DNA of 64,000 nt from Candidatus Bathyarchaeia archaeon (GCA_038882955.1 JAVZNC010000001.1:128001-192000); one strand, 5' to 3'; positions 1-10,020 are shown, numbered from the stretch's first letter. Program-made: numbers and translations. Notes: generated by a model not told the origin, from the sequence alone.

Positions 1-7
1 AGAAATT

Positions 8-805
8 ATGAAGTTGGCGTTGGAGCTTGCAGAACTCAAAGAAGTTCCAGCTGACAGCGCCATTTACGTAAGTGGAAAAAGAGTCAAAAGAGTTCTTTTT
101 GGCATAGACGCGGGAGCCCCAGAGCTTCTACTAGCCAAACAGTTGGGCTGTGACGCTGTAATTGCACATCACCCGCCTGGAGGAAACGCAGCGATAAATT
201 TCCATGAGGTCTTCAAGAGGCACGTCCAACAGATGATTGCTGCTGGAATTCCAAGGCGTGAGGCGGAAAAGGCTGTTGAAAAAAGAATTGAAGAATTGGA
301 GGTTGAGGGGCACATGCGAAACTATGCACATGCAGTTGACGTTGCGAAAATTTTGAAGATGCCATACATGAACATTCACACTCCGTTGGATGAAGTTGGA
401 AGAAGGATTATGGATGAAAAAATAAAGAGCAGAGTTAAGGAAAACTCAAGCGTGAAAGACGTTGTTTCCGCTGTGAAAGAGCTTCCAGAATTTAAGAACG
501 CTATCACCGACATAAAAATTCGCCTTGGAAAACCAGAAAACACTGCTGGAAAAGTCGTGGTTTCACATGGGGCTGGAACAAACGGAGGCTACGAAATCGC
601 AAAAACATATTTCAAGCATAGTATTGGAACAGTGGTTTATATTCACATAAGCCCAGCGGACTTGGCAAAGCTGAAGGCTGACGGTATTGGAAACCTAGTA
701 GTGACTGGACACATCGCAAGCGATTCTGTTGGCATAAACCCGCTAATCGGCAAGCTTGAGGAAAACGGAATTGCCGTAACGACTGTAGGCATTGTCAGAC
801 GCTAA
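8..805 (+). CDS. NIF3-like dinuclear metal-centre protein (5' end probably outside window)
   Basis: Motifs GID, AHHP, NIHTPLD, GH-x-x-SD resemble NIF3/YbgI metal ligands; frame is open to the window edge upstream of the ATG. Confidence 0.6.
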   Translation: MKLALELAELKEVPADSAIYVSGKRVKRVLFGIDAGAPELLLAKQLGCDAVIAHHPPGGNAAINFHEVFKRHVQQMIAAGIPRREAEKAVEKRIEELEVEGHMRNYAHAVDVAKILKMPYMNIHTPLDEVGRRIMDEKIKSRVKENSSVKDVVSAVKELPEFKNAITDIKIRLGKPENTAGKVVVSHGAGTNGGYEIAKTYFKHSIGTVVYIHISPADLAKLKADGIGNLVVTGHIASDSVGINPLIGKLEENGIAVTTVGIVRR

Positions 806-1711
806 ATGGAGGGTTCAGAGATGAAGCTTGTCCGCTATAGTATCGGAGAAGGCGAATCATACGGCGCTTTAATTGGCGACAAAGTGATATGCTTGCCTAA
901 ACTCGCGGAAAAGAAACTTCCAACGAGGCTGGATGAACTTGTAGCCCTAGGTATGGATGGAATCAAAACGACAGAAAAACTGATTAAAAAGGCAAGCGAA
1001 AACGCTGTTAAGGAAGTCTCTTTACCCATAAACCAGGTTAAGCTGTTGGCACCGATAAAATTTCCACCAAAAATAGTCTGTTTAGGCTTAAATTACGTGG
1101 ACCACGCTGCGGAACAGAATGCGCCATTACCGGACGAACCAATAATCTTCTTTAAACCTCGCACGGCAATAATTGGACCTAACGAGAACATTGTAAAGCC
1201 AAGCTTTGTTAAACAGCTTGATTATGAAGCTGAACTAGCCATTGTCATAGGGAGAAGGGCAAAAAACGTCACAGTTTCAGAGGCAAAAACATGCATTTTC
1301 GGTTATACAATAATGAATGACGTTTCAGCAAGAGACATACAGTTCAAAGATAAACAGTGGACAAGAGGGAAGAGCTTCGACACCTTCGCCCCAATTGGAC
1401 CATGCATAACAACCGTAAACCAGATTGAAGATACATCCAATTTGGCGATACGCACATGGGTCAACAACGAACTGCGACAAAACTCAACGACAAAAAACAT
1501 GGTCTTCAATGTGGAAGAGATTATACATCACCTAAGCCGAGTAATGACTTTGGAGCCTTGCGACATCATCGCGACTGGTACTCCGGCGGGTGTGGCTTTT
1601 GCCATGAAGCCAGAGCCTAAATTTCTAAAGGCTGGAGACGTCGTGAAGATACACATTGAAGGAATTGGTATACTAGAAAACAGCGTTATAGAAGAGACTC
1701 ATGCGCATTGA
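806..1711 (+). CDS. Fumarylacetoacetate hydrolase family protein
   Basis: KIVCLGLNYVDH, DYEAEL, NDVSARD, GKSFDTFAPIGP, TGTPAGV are FAH-family motifs; true start may be ATG at 821. Confidence 0.92.
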   Translation: MEGSEMKLVRYSIGEGESYGALIGDKVICLPKLAEKKLPTRLDELVALGMDGIKTTEKLIKKASENAVKEVSLPINQVKLLAPIKFPPKIVCLGLNYVDHAAEQNAPLPDEPIIFFKPRTAIIGPNENIVKPSFVKQLDYEAELAIVIGRRAKNVTVSEAKTCIFGYTIMNDVSARDIQFKDKQWTRGKSFDTFAPIGPCITTVNQIEDTSNLAIRTWVNNELRQNSTTKNMVFNVEEIIHHLSRVMTLEPCDIIATGTPAGVAFAMKPEPKFLKAGDVVKIHIEGIGILENSVIEETHAH

Positions 1712-1721
1712 GCTAGACAAA

Positions 1722-1919
1722 TTATTTTTTAGCTAAAAACGTGTGCCCTCCTTTCATTTTGGCAAATAAAGCATAAATGATTATGGCAATCATTGACATG
1801 AATAATGCTAAAGTGTAGTATCCAAACTTAATGTGCACATCAAGCAGATACAACAAAACAGCAAATATAATTACCAAAACAATTGCTAGTAGAAAAAGTC
1901 TTGTTTTCGGCGACAACAT
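1722..1919 (-). CDS. Small two-helix membrane protein, unknown function
   Basis: 65 aa with two hydrophobic segments; co-directional and 21 bp downstream of rad50. Confidence 0.6.
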   Translation of the reverse strand: MLSPKTRLFLLAIVLVIIFAVLLYLLDVHIKFGYYTLALFMSMIAIIIYALFAKMKGGHTFLAKK

Positions 1920-1940
1920 CTTTTCATCGCCACAACCATG

Positions 1941-4028
1941 CTACTTTTCAACGGAAACCTTGCTTTCGCCAGCCTCCTTCTCAAGCCTAATCACGTGTTC
2001 AGCTTTCTCTGCAAATGCCTCGCTGTGTGTGACAGCAATTATTTGTTCGATGGCTTTTAGACGTGATATTGCCTCTGCTAAACGGTCTATGGAGCCGTCT
2101 TCCCTTCCAAGGCTTTCGGTTGGCTCGTCGAGCAACAACACGCTTAAGCCGTGACCAGCCCTAGACTGCATTATAAGTTGCCCAAGTCCCAGGCGATAAG
2201 CAAAAGCGATAAGCGTTCTTTCCCCACCAGAAAGATTCGAGACTTCCCGTTCAGCACCGCCCTCGCTTTTGACGTATGGCGTGTACGTTTCATCAATAAT
2301 CACGTTTAGAAGTGGCCCCTCCCCACCGACTAGGTTGTCCAGGATTTGTTGCACAAAGTTTCTCAGTATGCTCACGAATTCGCTTCTCAATTTCGGTTGG
2401 ATGCTGCGGTAAGCGTCGCGTATGTTGCTGATAACCTCGATTATTTTTCCAATTTTCTCCACTTGTTCAGTTTTTCGCTGGGCATTGTCTATTCGCTCTT
2501 TAGCATCTTCTAGACGCTCCATTAACTGCCTTTTGCTGTTTTCCTTCGTTTTAAGTTCAGATTCAAGCCTGAAAAATCTCTTGTAGGCTTCGTCTCTCTG
2601 GCTTTTTGCGTTTTCAAGCTGAGATAAGTCAAATTTGCCAATTTCAGTTCTGATGGTTTCCAGTTGAAGGCACAGTTCCTTTTCCAGCTTTTGTTTTTCC
2701 TCAAATTCACGTATAAGCTCAGCCAGAGACGCTTCTTCCCTACTGATGTTTGCCTTCAAGTTTTCTACTTGTAAGTTAAGCGCCTGCAGATTAGAAAAGG
2801 CGTTGTTTGCTATTATTTTTATGCGTTGGAGTTCTTCAATTTCCCGTTGGAGCGTGCTTATGGTTTTTTGCCTTTCAACATTTGCGTTTTGGATTCTCTT
2901 GAGCAAACCGCCTTTGTACTCGTCATTTAAAGGCTGAAGACAAAGTGGACAACGGCTTTCAGTTGAAAGTTCCGAAACCCTCTTCTGGTCTTCCTTCATG
3001 CCCTTTAGGGCAGACTCTTGCTCAACCTTCAAGCTTGAAATTTGGTCGTCAAAATAGGTTAGGTATTGACGCAACTCTTCGATGGATTGATCTGGGGAAA
3101 TCCCAACCTCTTTAAGCTTAGCCTTGTGCACTTCGATTTGGGCTTCTAAAGACGTTAGACGCTTTTTAAGCTCTTCAACTGCAGTTTTTCGCTGTTCAAT
3201 TTTTTCCGCCAGCGTAGCTGACGCATCTTCAACGTTTGCTAGGCTTGTCTGTATTTGCGCTTCCTTTCTTCGATGCTCTTCAACTTGAGTTTTCAGCTCC
3301 TCAAGCCTCTTAAGCCTCGAATCAGCCTCTTCCAACGTTTTTCTTGCCTTTTCCAGCTCCTTGCCCTTCTCTTGAAGTTCAATTTCGATTGTTGACAGTT
3401 CTTCAACCATGCGATTGTATTCTTTGTTAAGCCTTTCAAGTCCAATGACATCTGGATCTTCGGCGTAGGCTTTGCGTTTTCCTTCATATTCTTTCACGTA
3501 GCCCGCGAGGTTACTCCATGCAGTTTCGTAGTCGGATAATCCGAAAAGCTCGTCTAGGCGCTTTTGCCTTTCTCTTGGGGTGATATCCAAGAGTTCTTTT
3601 AGGTGTTCTTGTCTAATCCAGACTATTTCGCGGAAAAGCTCCCTGTCAAAGCCTGTTATCGCCTTCAACTGTTCGGCGACGGCGTCGCTTTTCACGCTTG
3701 CTATTAGAGTTTCATCCTCAAAGAGTTTAAGCTCGTCAAAGTCCTGGCTTATTCCTTTTCCACGCCTCTTTAAACCTCGAATTATCTTGTAGCTTCTGCC
3801 GTTTTGAAAGAACTGTACTTCAACTTTGCCGTTTTCCGCGCCTTCTCTTAAAAGGTAGTCGTAGCCCCTCCCCAATGGCTCTCCGAAAAAGGCGAAGTCT
3901 ATCGCGTATAAAATGCTTGATTTTCCGCAGCCTAAACCGCCAACCAGACAGTTGAAGCCTTTAGCGAATGGCACTGTTGACTTCACATGTGAACGTATAT
4001 TTTCCAACTGTACGATTTCAATTTTCAT
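1941..4028 (-). CDS. rad50: DNA double-strand break repair ATPase Rad50
   Basis: N-terminal Walker A (GGLGCGKSS), long coiled coil with central CPLC zinc hook, LSGGE signature, LLLDEP Walker B, VTH; overlaps mre11. Confidence 0.93.
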   Translation of the reverse strand: MKIEIVQLENIRSHVKSTVPFAKGFNCLVGGLGCGKSSILYAIDFAFFGEPLGRGYDYLLREGAENGKVEVQFFQNGRSYKIIRGLKRRGKGISQDFDELKLFEDETLIASVKSDAVAEQLKAITGFDRELFREIVWIRQEHLKELLDITPRERQKRLDELFGLSDYETAWSNLAGYVKEYEGKRKAYAEDPDVIGLERLNKEYNRMVEELSTIEIELQEKGKELEKARKTLEEADSRLKRLEELKTQVEEHRRKEAQIQTSLANVEDASATLAEKIEQRKTAVEELKKRLTSLEAQIEVHKAKLKEVGISPDQSIEELRQYLTYFDDQISSLKVEQESALKGMKEDQKRVSELSTESRCPLCLQPLNDEYKGGLLKRIQNANVERQKTISTLQREIEELQRIKIIANNAFSNLQALNLQVENLKANISREEASLAELIREFEEKQKLEKELCLQLETIRTEIGKFDLSQLENAKSQRDEAYKRFFRLESELKTKENSKRQLMERLEDAKERIDNAQRKTEQVEKIGKIIEVISNIRDAYRSIQPKLRSEFVSILRNFVQQILDNLVGGEGPLLNVIIDETYTPYVKSEGGAEREVSNLSGGERTLIAFAYRLGLGQLIMQSRAGHGLSVLLLDEPTESLGREDGSIDRLAEAISRLKAIEQIIAVTHSEAFAEKAEHVIRLEKEAGESKVSVEK

Positions 4029-5230
4029 TGGAAAAGCGCCTCTATTGCTTGTTTAACCTTTTCCTCCTGCTTCTTGGTTAGGGGTTCGATTAGGTTGACG
4101 GCTATGTGAGCTATCTTTTCAGCCTCTTCGTGGCTGTAGCGTTCAGAGAAAATTTGCAAGAAATATTCGAAGGATTTGGTTTTCAAATCTTTAAGTTCGC
4201 CTTGAAATATTGAGCGGACAACTTCCTCCGAAACCTCGCTTTCACGCAACAGAACAATCGGGTGAACAAGCAACGCCTTTTCAGCGGCGCTTCTTATTTT
4301 TGTTATGTCGACTTCGGCGCGGCTTGCCTCCGCTGGAAGGGTTCCCTTCAAAATTGGTATAATAATGGCGCCTTCCTTATCCGCATCCTTCACAAGCTGA
4401 ACTGCCAAGTCGGTTATCTTTGACGGGACAAGCCCGCTGAAGTCATGTTCTATAACGATAAACTTGCGTGTTGACTCAAGCTCAATGAATTCCAGCGAAA
4501 CCCTTTTCGCCTCGTCAACCCTAACGTGATAAAAGCCCTTCCTAACTCCAGCCTCATCATAGTTAACTGTTTCCGTGCACCCGCTGTAAACGAGCATTCC
4601 AGATCCAAGTTTTCCTTCGTATGGCAAGTGCACATGTCCCGCAGCATAATATTCGAAGCCTTCTGGCAATAGTTCTGGTGGTGCTTCAGCCTCCATGTAT
4701 GGTGGTTTAACGTTTTGAATGTCTAGTGCCATGTGGAAGACGAAGATGTTGAAGATGGATGGGTCTGGTGTCGGCTTGTTTTGCTCCATAAACGCTGGCA
4801 GTTGTTCTTCTGTTTTGCGCCTTGTCCTAAAGTTTGGCACGCCGTAAACGTAGCAGCATCCTTGTTTTCTCCAACATGCTCCTTCATGCTTTGGCAGGTG
4901 ATAAATCAGCCCAGCGCTGTCAAGGGGATTTAGGATTGTTCCAGTTATTATGTTTGGCGCTGAATCGTGAGAGCCGTCAACCGTTAAAACAGGGATTCCA
5001 GCATCTCGTAGACGGCTAAAGTTTTTTATGGCGGCTTCCAGCGTGGCGTTTGATGGTCTCGCTTGATGAAAAAGGTCTCCGGCGATTATTATGAAATCGG
5101 GTTTTAGCTCGATAGCCTTATCCACCAGCTCGCTAAAGGCTCTATCGAAGTCTTCGCGTCTTTCCTCCAAGCCATACTGTGAATAGCCTAAATGTAAATC
5201 TGCCGTGTGAATGAAACTGAAAGCTTTCAA
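4025..5230 (-). CDS. mre11: DNA double-strand break repair nuclease Mre11
   Basis: Metallophosphoesterase motifs ADLHLG, AGDLF, GSHD, GHVH; directly upstream of rad50. Confidence 0.93.
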   Translation of the reverse strand: MKAFSFIHTADLHLGYSQYGLEERREDFDRAFSELVDKAIELKPDFIIIAGDLFHQARPSNATLEAAIKNFSRLRDAGIPVLTVDGSHDSAPNIITGTILNPLDSAGLIYHLPKHEGACWRKQGCCYVYGVPNFRTRRKTEEQLPAFMEQNKPTPDPSIFNIFVFHMALDIQNVKPPYMEAEAPPELLPEGFEYYAAGHVHLPYEGKLGSGMLVYSGCTETVNYDEAGVRKGFYHVRVDEAKRVSLEFIELESTRKFIVIEHDFSGLVPSKITDLAVQLVKDADKEGAIIIPILKGTLPAEASRAEVDITKIRSAAEKALLVHPIVLLRESEVSEEVVRSIFQGELKDLKTKSFEYFLQIFSERYSHEEAEKIAHIAVNLIEPLTKKQEEKVKQAIEALFQ

Positions 5231-5385
5231 ACGCCATCGCTCTCCTTCTTGCTTTGCCGTTTAAAATTGGTGGAAGCACTATTTTAAAATATACTGGGTT
5301 GTTGCAGAGGCTATTTTCGGCGGAACAGAAACGTATAAACGGTAATCCTACAAACTTTAAGCGTTAAAGAGGAATGTAAAGGCTG

Positions 5386-6210
5386 ATGCAGTGCGAGAAA
5401 TGTAATAAAGAAGTGTTCTTACCATTCAGATGTCCATATTGTGGAGGCTACTTCTGCTCTGAGCATCGCCTACCAGAAAACCATGAATGTCCGCAAATAG
5501 AAAAGGCGCGAACACCAGTGTGGGTAACGTCGCCAACGGTAGTTATCCAAAAACAAGAGCCATATGAGTATTCCGTCACGTACATTTCCGCTGAGCCGCC
5601 GAAGAAGAGAAAAATCTATTTTAGCACAAAGGAAATTCAGCATTTAGCTGTCGCCGCTCTACTCGTTGTGGGCATAGCCCTTTCGTTGGCAATTTCTCCA
5701 GATTTTAGAATAACAATCATGGAACCAACTATACTTACGGTGTTAGCAGCAACGGTAGTTGTATCATTTTTTGCGCATGAATTGGCACACAAAATAACAG
5801 CACAGAAAAGAGGTTATTGGGCGGAGTTCAGACTAACACTTATGGGAGCAATATTAACATTAATCTCAATTATTTCGCCTCTCTTCAAGGTAATATCTCC
5901 TGGCGCCGTTGTTGTTTCCGGGTTTGCAGATAAAGAGGCTTTAGGTAAAGTTTCGATTGCTGGACCGATAACCAACATTGTTTTGTCAACAATGCTTCTA
6001 GTTGCCTATTCTTTCAATTCTCAAGGCGCATTGGCTCCAATATTCCTGTTTGGCGCAGCTTTCAACGCGTGGATAGCTCTATTTAACCTTATTCCATTAG
6101 GGATATTGGACGGCTTCAAAGTGTTTTTGTGGAACAAAAGAGTTTGGATTTCGGCTTTTGCTGTAAGCCTAATTTTAACATGGTACTCCTACACGCTAAT
6201 CTTCCGATAG
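5386..6210 (+). CDS. AN1 zinc finger fused to M50 (site-2) intramembrane metalloprotease
   Basis: N-terminal CEKC..CPYC..CSEHRLPENHEC (AN1-type); membrane region with HELAH, AGP-x-x-N, NLIPLGILDG. Confidence 0.85.
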   Translation: MQCEKCNKEVFLPFRCPYCGGYFCSEHRLPENHECPQIEKARTPVWVTSPTVVIQKQEPYEYSVTYISAEPPKKRKIYFSTKEIQHLAVAALLVVGIALSLAISPDFRITIMEPTILTVLAATVVVSFFAHELAHKITAQKRGYWAEFRLTLMGAILTLISIISPLFKVISPGAVVVSGFADKEALGKVSIAGPITNIVLSTMLLVAYSFNSQGALAPIFLFGAAFNAWIALFNLIPLGILDGFKVFLWNKRVWISAFAVSLILTWYSYTLIFR

Positions 6211-6272
6211 CAGCACATCTAGCTTAAACGTTCGGGAAAAGTTATTTACCGAATTGTGTTTATGATTAAAGC

Positions 6273-6566
6273 GTGAGCAAAATTTTAGTGGAATATGAGA
6301 TGGTTAACAGGGATAGACACGACATAGTGTTCGAGATTCTGAAGAAGGCAGCTTCTGGAAAAAGGAAAACTGAGATTATGAGGGAAGTAGGCTTGTCCTA
6401 CGCTCAGTCAAAACAGTATTTAAATGTGCTTCTCCAGAAAGGCTTGCTGGAAATAGAAAATGACAAGTTTAAGACGACTGATAAAGGCTTAAAATTCATG
6501 GATAAATGCGCCGACTGCTTACTATCCCAATGGAACAAACAGAGAAAGCGCCAACAAAAGCTTTAG
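6273..6566 (+). CDS. Archaeal winged helix-turn-helix transcriptional regulator
   Basis: RDRHDIVFEIL..KTEIMREVGLSY..YLNVLLQKGLL..TTDKG pattern typical of small archaeal wHTH proteins. Confidence 0.8.
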   Translation: MSKILVEYEMVNRDRHDIVFEILKKAASGKRKTEIMREVGLSYAQSKQYLNVLLQKGLLEIENDKFKTTDKGLKFMDKCADCLLSQWNKQRKRQQKL

Positions 6567-6871
6567 GAAAGCTCTATTGTAACGTGAACCTCTTCTGGAA
6601 CGCGAATACGCATTATACGCCTCATAACGTTGCCTTCAGCATCGATGTAAATGACGCGTTTGTGGATACGCATTTCCCACTTATCCCAAGTTGATGTCCC
6701 CTCACCGCATGGGGACTTTAAAACTGGAACACGCAGCCTTTTAGTTGGTAACGGTATTGGACCATTCATTTTGGCGCCTGTTTTCTCGGCGATGGCCTTC
6801 AGTTCCGCACATACCTCTTCAAGTTTTTTGTAGTCTGTGCTTGTTAGGCGTATTCTTGCCATTTTTGCCAT
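6563..6871 (-). CDS. rpsJ: 30S ribosomal protein uS10
   Basis: ARIRL, GPIPLPTK, SPCGEG, WEMRIHKR. Confidence 0.96.
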   Translation of the reverse strand: MAKMARIRLTSTDYKKLEEVCAELKAIAEKTGAKMNGPIPLPTKRLRVPVLKSPCGEGTSTWDKWEMRIHKRVIYIDAEGNVMRRIMRIRVPEEVHVTIELS

Positions 6872-7101
6872 CGCGTCATTCCTTCAACTTTAAGGCTGTT
6901 TTGTTGGTGATTACCTTACAACAACAGACCGAAAATAAAAACTTATCGACGCTCATTTTGGTTTGACCACGCAAGCGCTTGTCCCGCGTCAATTTTTGGA
7001 TTGCCGCAAAACCAAAATTGTAGACCCCCTCTAGATTTTTTAGCGATTAGCAATATGGGCACATGCAAAGTTTTAATGAAGGACTGCGTTAATGATGAGA
7101 A

Positions 7102-7776
7102 ATGCGAAGGATTAGGATGGCGAAGATAAAGCTGAGAGCAAAAGCTATACTTCTAGACTTGGACGGAACAATAGTGGACTCGAGGGAAGCCTACCTTGAA
7201 GCTTTAAAGTCCGCTTTCAAAGCAATCGGAAAAGAATTGGCAGACGAAGAAGTCGCGCTTGAAATTCCAAAGAGGCTTGAGCAGAGCTTGCCGATAAACG
7301 ACTTGATAGGAGGCGTGGATGCGCAAAAATTCTTGGAAGTTTACCTTAAATCCTACTATAGAGTGACAGCCACCAAAACGAAGCTCATGCCTAAACTTTC
7401 GGAAACTTTGGATAAGCTTTCGATGAAGGCAAAGTTGGCTTTGATAACAATGCGCCACGTTCCAAAAGGAAAAGTCATAGCGGAACTTGAGAGACTTGGC
7501 TTATCAAAATATTTTCAGTATGTTGTTACGGCTCTTGACACGCGGGACCCTAAACCTTCTCCAGAGGCTTTAATACGCTGCGCTGAGCAGCTTTGCGTCA
7601 AAACTTGTGAATGTATAGTCGTTGGTGATTCCGTGGCGGACATTAGGGCTGGAAAAAGGGCTGGCGCAAAAACTGTTGCAGTTTTAACTGGAATTTTCTC
7701 CCTAGAAGAATTGGAAGCTGAAAAACCAGACTTAATAATCGAGAACATCGCGAAGCTTCCAGATTTTATTGAATGA
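7102..7776 (+). CDS. HAD-superfamily phosphatase (phosphoglycolate phosphatase-like)
   Basis: DLDGT motif I, KPSP, VGDS-x-x-D motif IV. Confidence 0.9.
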   Translation: MRRIRMAKIKLRAKAILLDLDGTIVDSREAYLEALKSAFKAIGKELADEEVALEIPKRLEQSLPINDLIGGVDAQKFLEVYLKSYYRVTATKTKLMPKLSETLDKLSMKAKLALITMRHVPKGKVIAELERLGLSKYFQYVVTALDTRDPKPSPEALIRCAEQLCVKTCECIVVGDSVADIRAGKRAGAKTVAVLTGIFSLEELEAEKPDLIIENIAKLPDFIE

Positions 7777-7892
7777 GCTCCAGAATTTGTTTAAAATATT
7801 CTGCTATCTGGAATATAGCTGAAAATTACTTAAAAATCTTATAGAAGCAACCACAAATAAAGCTTAATTAAAACCTCAACGCCTAATTTAAC

Positions 7893-8534
7893 ATGGAGAA
7901 GGCTTCGGAGCGAGAGCAAATGAACTTCATAGAAATAATGTTGTCCGAAAGGCTCAAAAACATAAACCCAGCACTGGACATATTCGGTTCAGACCGCAAG
8001 GTACTACAAGTTGCATGCCAAGACCTAACAAACTACTTAAAGGTTCACTGGAACCTTATAGGCAAGGAGGCAAACGAATGCGAAATAGCCGAACGCCTAG
8101 AAAAATTCTTCAACGAAAGCCCAAGAGAGCTTGAAGAATTCTTGGACATTTGGACTCAAATGTGGTTCAAAAAGTGGAAGGAACGCGTGAAACTGCTTAT
8201 CGGAAACGAAAATTCAAAAAGATGGGACAAAGTCACGCGTATATTAAGCGACGCCGAACCAATATGGCGGAGACTTTCAAACCGCCAAGAAATGCAAGAA
8301 GTTGTTGTTTCAACACTTGTTAGAAACGGCGAAATCTGCGGCACAGCCATTTTAGCTGAAAACCTCTTGAAGATGGAGCTTGGAGAGAAAAAGCGCACCT
8401 ACGAAATTGGAAATGCAGAAAGCATTGTAAAGATGGTAAATGCAACATTGAGAAAGGCAAGAGAAATGGCTAGAAGCAGTGGACCGTTAATTTACGTTAA
8501 AATTGATAAGGGCTACTACAATTTGACACGTTAA
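7893..8534 (+). CDS. Hypothetical protein (helical, Trp-rich)
   Basis: 213-aa ORF with normal composition filling the gap between convergent genes; no recognised motif. Confidence 0.75.
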   Translation: MEKASEREQMNFIEIMLSERLKNINPALDIFGSDRKVLQVACQDLTNYLKVHWNLIGKEANECEIAERLEKFFNESPRELEEFLDIWTQMWFKKWKERVKLLIGNENSKRWDKVTRILSDAEPIWRRLSNRQEMQEVVVSTLVRNGEICGTAILAENLLKMELGEKKRTYEIGNAESIVKMVNATLRKAREMARSSGPLIYVKIDKGYYNLTR

Positions 8535-8547
8535 GAGAGCCGAAAAA

Positions 8548-8745
8548 TCAGCGAAGCCTTTCTTTATGGAGATTTCTCGTCTGCCATGAATACTCTCTAA
8601 TGGATTTTGTTTCACCGTAACCGCATGCGGCGCAGCGTTTTTTGGTTACATTGTATGCCCTTCTTCCACAGCGTCTACAACGTATGTGCAAGGTTTTTCC
8701 GGCACGTTTGCCGAATGATGGTGTTCCTTTTCCCAAAAAGTTCAC
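8548..8745 (-). CDS. rpl37e: 50S ribosomal protein eL37
   Basis: KGTPSFGKR, CRRCG..CAACGYG zinc ribbon; follows the Sm gene as is typical in archaea. Confidence 0.96.
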   Translation of the reverse strand: MNFLGKGTPSFGKRAGKTLHIRCRRCGRRAYNVTKKRCAACGYGETKSIREYSWQTRNLHKERLR

Positions 8746-8969
8746 CTTGGTGGCGGCGAAATCAGGACAACATTGTCTCCACGTACAATTATTAAGCCAA
8801 GCTTCTTCACGTTTTCACTATTTGTCGTGTCTTCCGTCTCCTCTAAAACGAGGTTCAAGTGCTGGTCAAAGCCCTTCAATCTTCCACGTAGGCTTTTTCC
8901 GCCCTTCAAGCGGACGAGAACTATTTTCCCGAGGTTTTGCTCAAGGATTTCCGTTGTCATCTCACTCAT
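8742..8969 (-). CDS. Sm-like archaeal protein (SmAP/Lsm)
   Basis: Sm1 (G-x-L-x-GFDQHLNLVL) and Sm2 (IVRGDNV) motifs. Confidence 0.95.
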   Translation of the reverse strand: MSEMTTEILEQNLGKIVLVRLKGGKSLRGRLKGFDQHLNLVLEETEDTTNSENVKKLGLIIVRGDNVVLISPPPR

Positions 8970-9046
8970 TCTGGAACCCTCAGACTACATTTTATGTCTT
9001 TTATACTTAAACTTATACAATTTAAACCTATCTAAGGAGAAAGCCA

Positions 9047-9547
9047 ATGTCTGAAAAATTTAGGAGATACTTCCTAAAAACGAAGGAGATAAAGACGCTC
9101 TCGGATGAGGTTGCTAAGCTTGGCATCGATTTGGAAAAGTTTTTGAAGGAAAAAGCCAAAGTTGAAGTTATCGAGTTTAATGAAACAAAAGTGTACTTGT
9201 TAAACGGTAAGCCGCTTCTGGCGAATGTTAGCGAAAAACTCTTTCCAACACTGCTTTTCATGGAATACTTAGAAAAGGCTCCTAAAGTTGTCGTCGACAT
9301 GGGCGCTGTTCCGCACGTTTGCAACGGGGCAGATGTGATGGCGCCTGGAATCAAACAGTTTATGGGAGATTTCAGAAATGGCGACCTCGTTTTGGTTGTG
9401 GATGAGAAGCATGGCAAGCCTTTGGCTGTTGGTGAGGCGCTTCTTGATAAGGAGGTTGCCGCCGCAACTAGGCATGGCAAGATTATCAGAAACGTTCACT
9501 TTGTTGGCGACAAAGTTTGGAATGCCATAAAGAGAGCTGGCAGTTAA
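9047..9547 (+). CDS. PUA-domain RNA-binding protein (DUF1947/MCT-1-like)
   Basis: VVVDMGAVPHVCNGADVMAPGI, H-F-VGD-K-VW. Confidence 0.88.
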   Translation: MSEKFRRYFLKTKEIKTLSDEVAKLGIDLEKFLKEKAKVEVIEFNETKVYLLNGKPLLANVSEKLFPTLLFMEYLEKAPKVVVDMGAVPHVCNGADVMAPGIKQFMGDFRNGDLVLVVDEKHGKPLAVGEALLDKEVAAATRHGKIIRNVHFVGDKVWNAIKRAGS

Positions 9548-9660
9548 TTAAAATCCAGATTTCAGATTCATAAAGCAATTATCTGTATTAGAAATTTAGA
9601 CGTGGAATTAAGAAACACTTAAACTTTAGAAGAGCAGATAAAGGTTTAGAGAGGAGAAAA

Positions 9661-10020
9661 TTGCCAGGTTTAAGCGGAATACTGCGCAAGTCAAAGAAGG
9701 AAGAAAAAGAGACGGAGCTTAAAGGCGCGTCTGGCAAAACCTACTTGAAGGCTATGCCTCTCCGAGACTTGTCAGACCTAGACAGCATTAAAGCTGAGGT
9801 TAAGTCTGGAAACATACTTATTCTTAGGATAACTCCTCTCGCAAACAAAAGCATAGACGATGTTAAACGCGCCGTGAACGAGTTGTGCGAGTTTGCCGAA
9901 TCTCTTGGCGGAGACATCGCAAGGCTTGGAGAAGAACGCGTCGTCGTTTGCCCACCAAACGTTAGGATTTGGCGCGAGAAAACTCAAGTTTCAAAAGAAA
10001 CCGTGGTTACAGCAGCCTAA
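9661..10020 (+). CDS. sepF: Cell division protein SepF (DUF552)
   Basis: GNILIL, GGDIARLGEERVVVCPPNV typical of archaeal SepF-like proteins. Confidence 0.8.
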   Translation: MPGLSGILRKSKKEEKETELKGASGKTYLKAMPLRDLSDLDSIKAEVKSGNILILRITPLANKSIDDVKRAVNELCEFAESLGGDIARLGEERVVVCPPNVRIWREKTQVSKETVVTAA

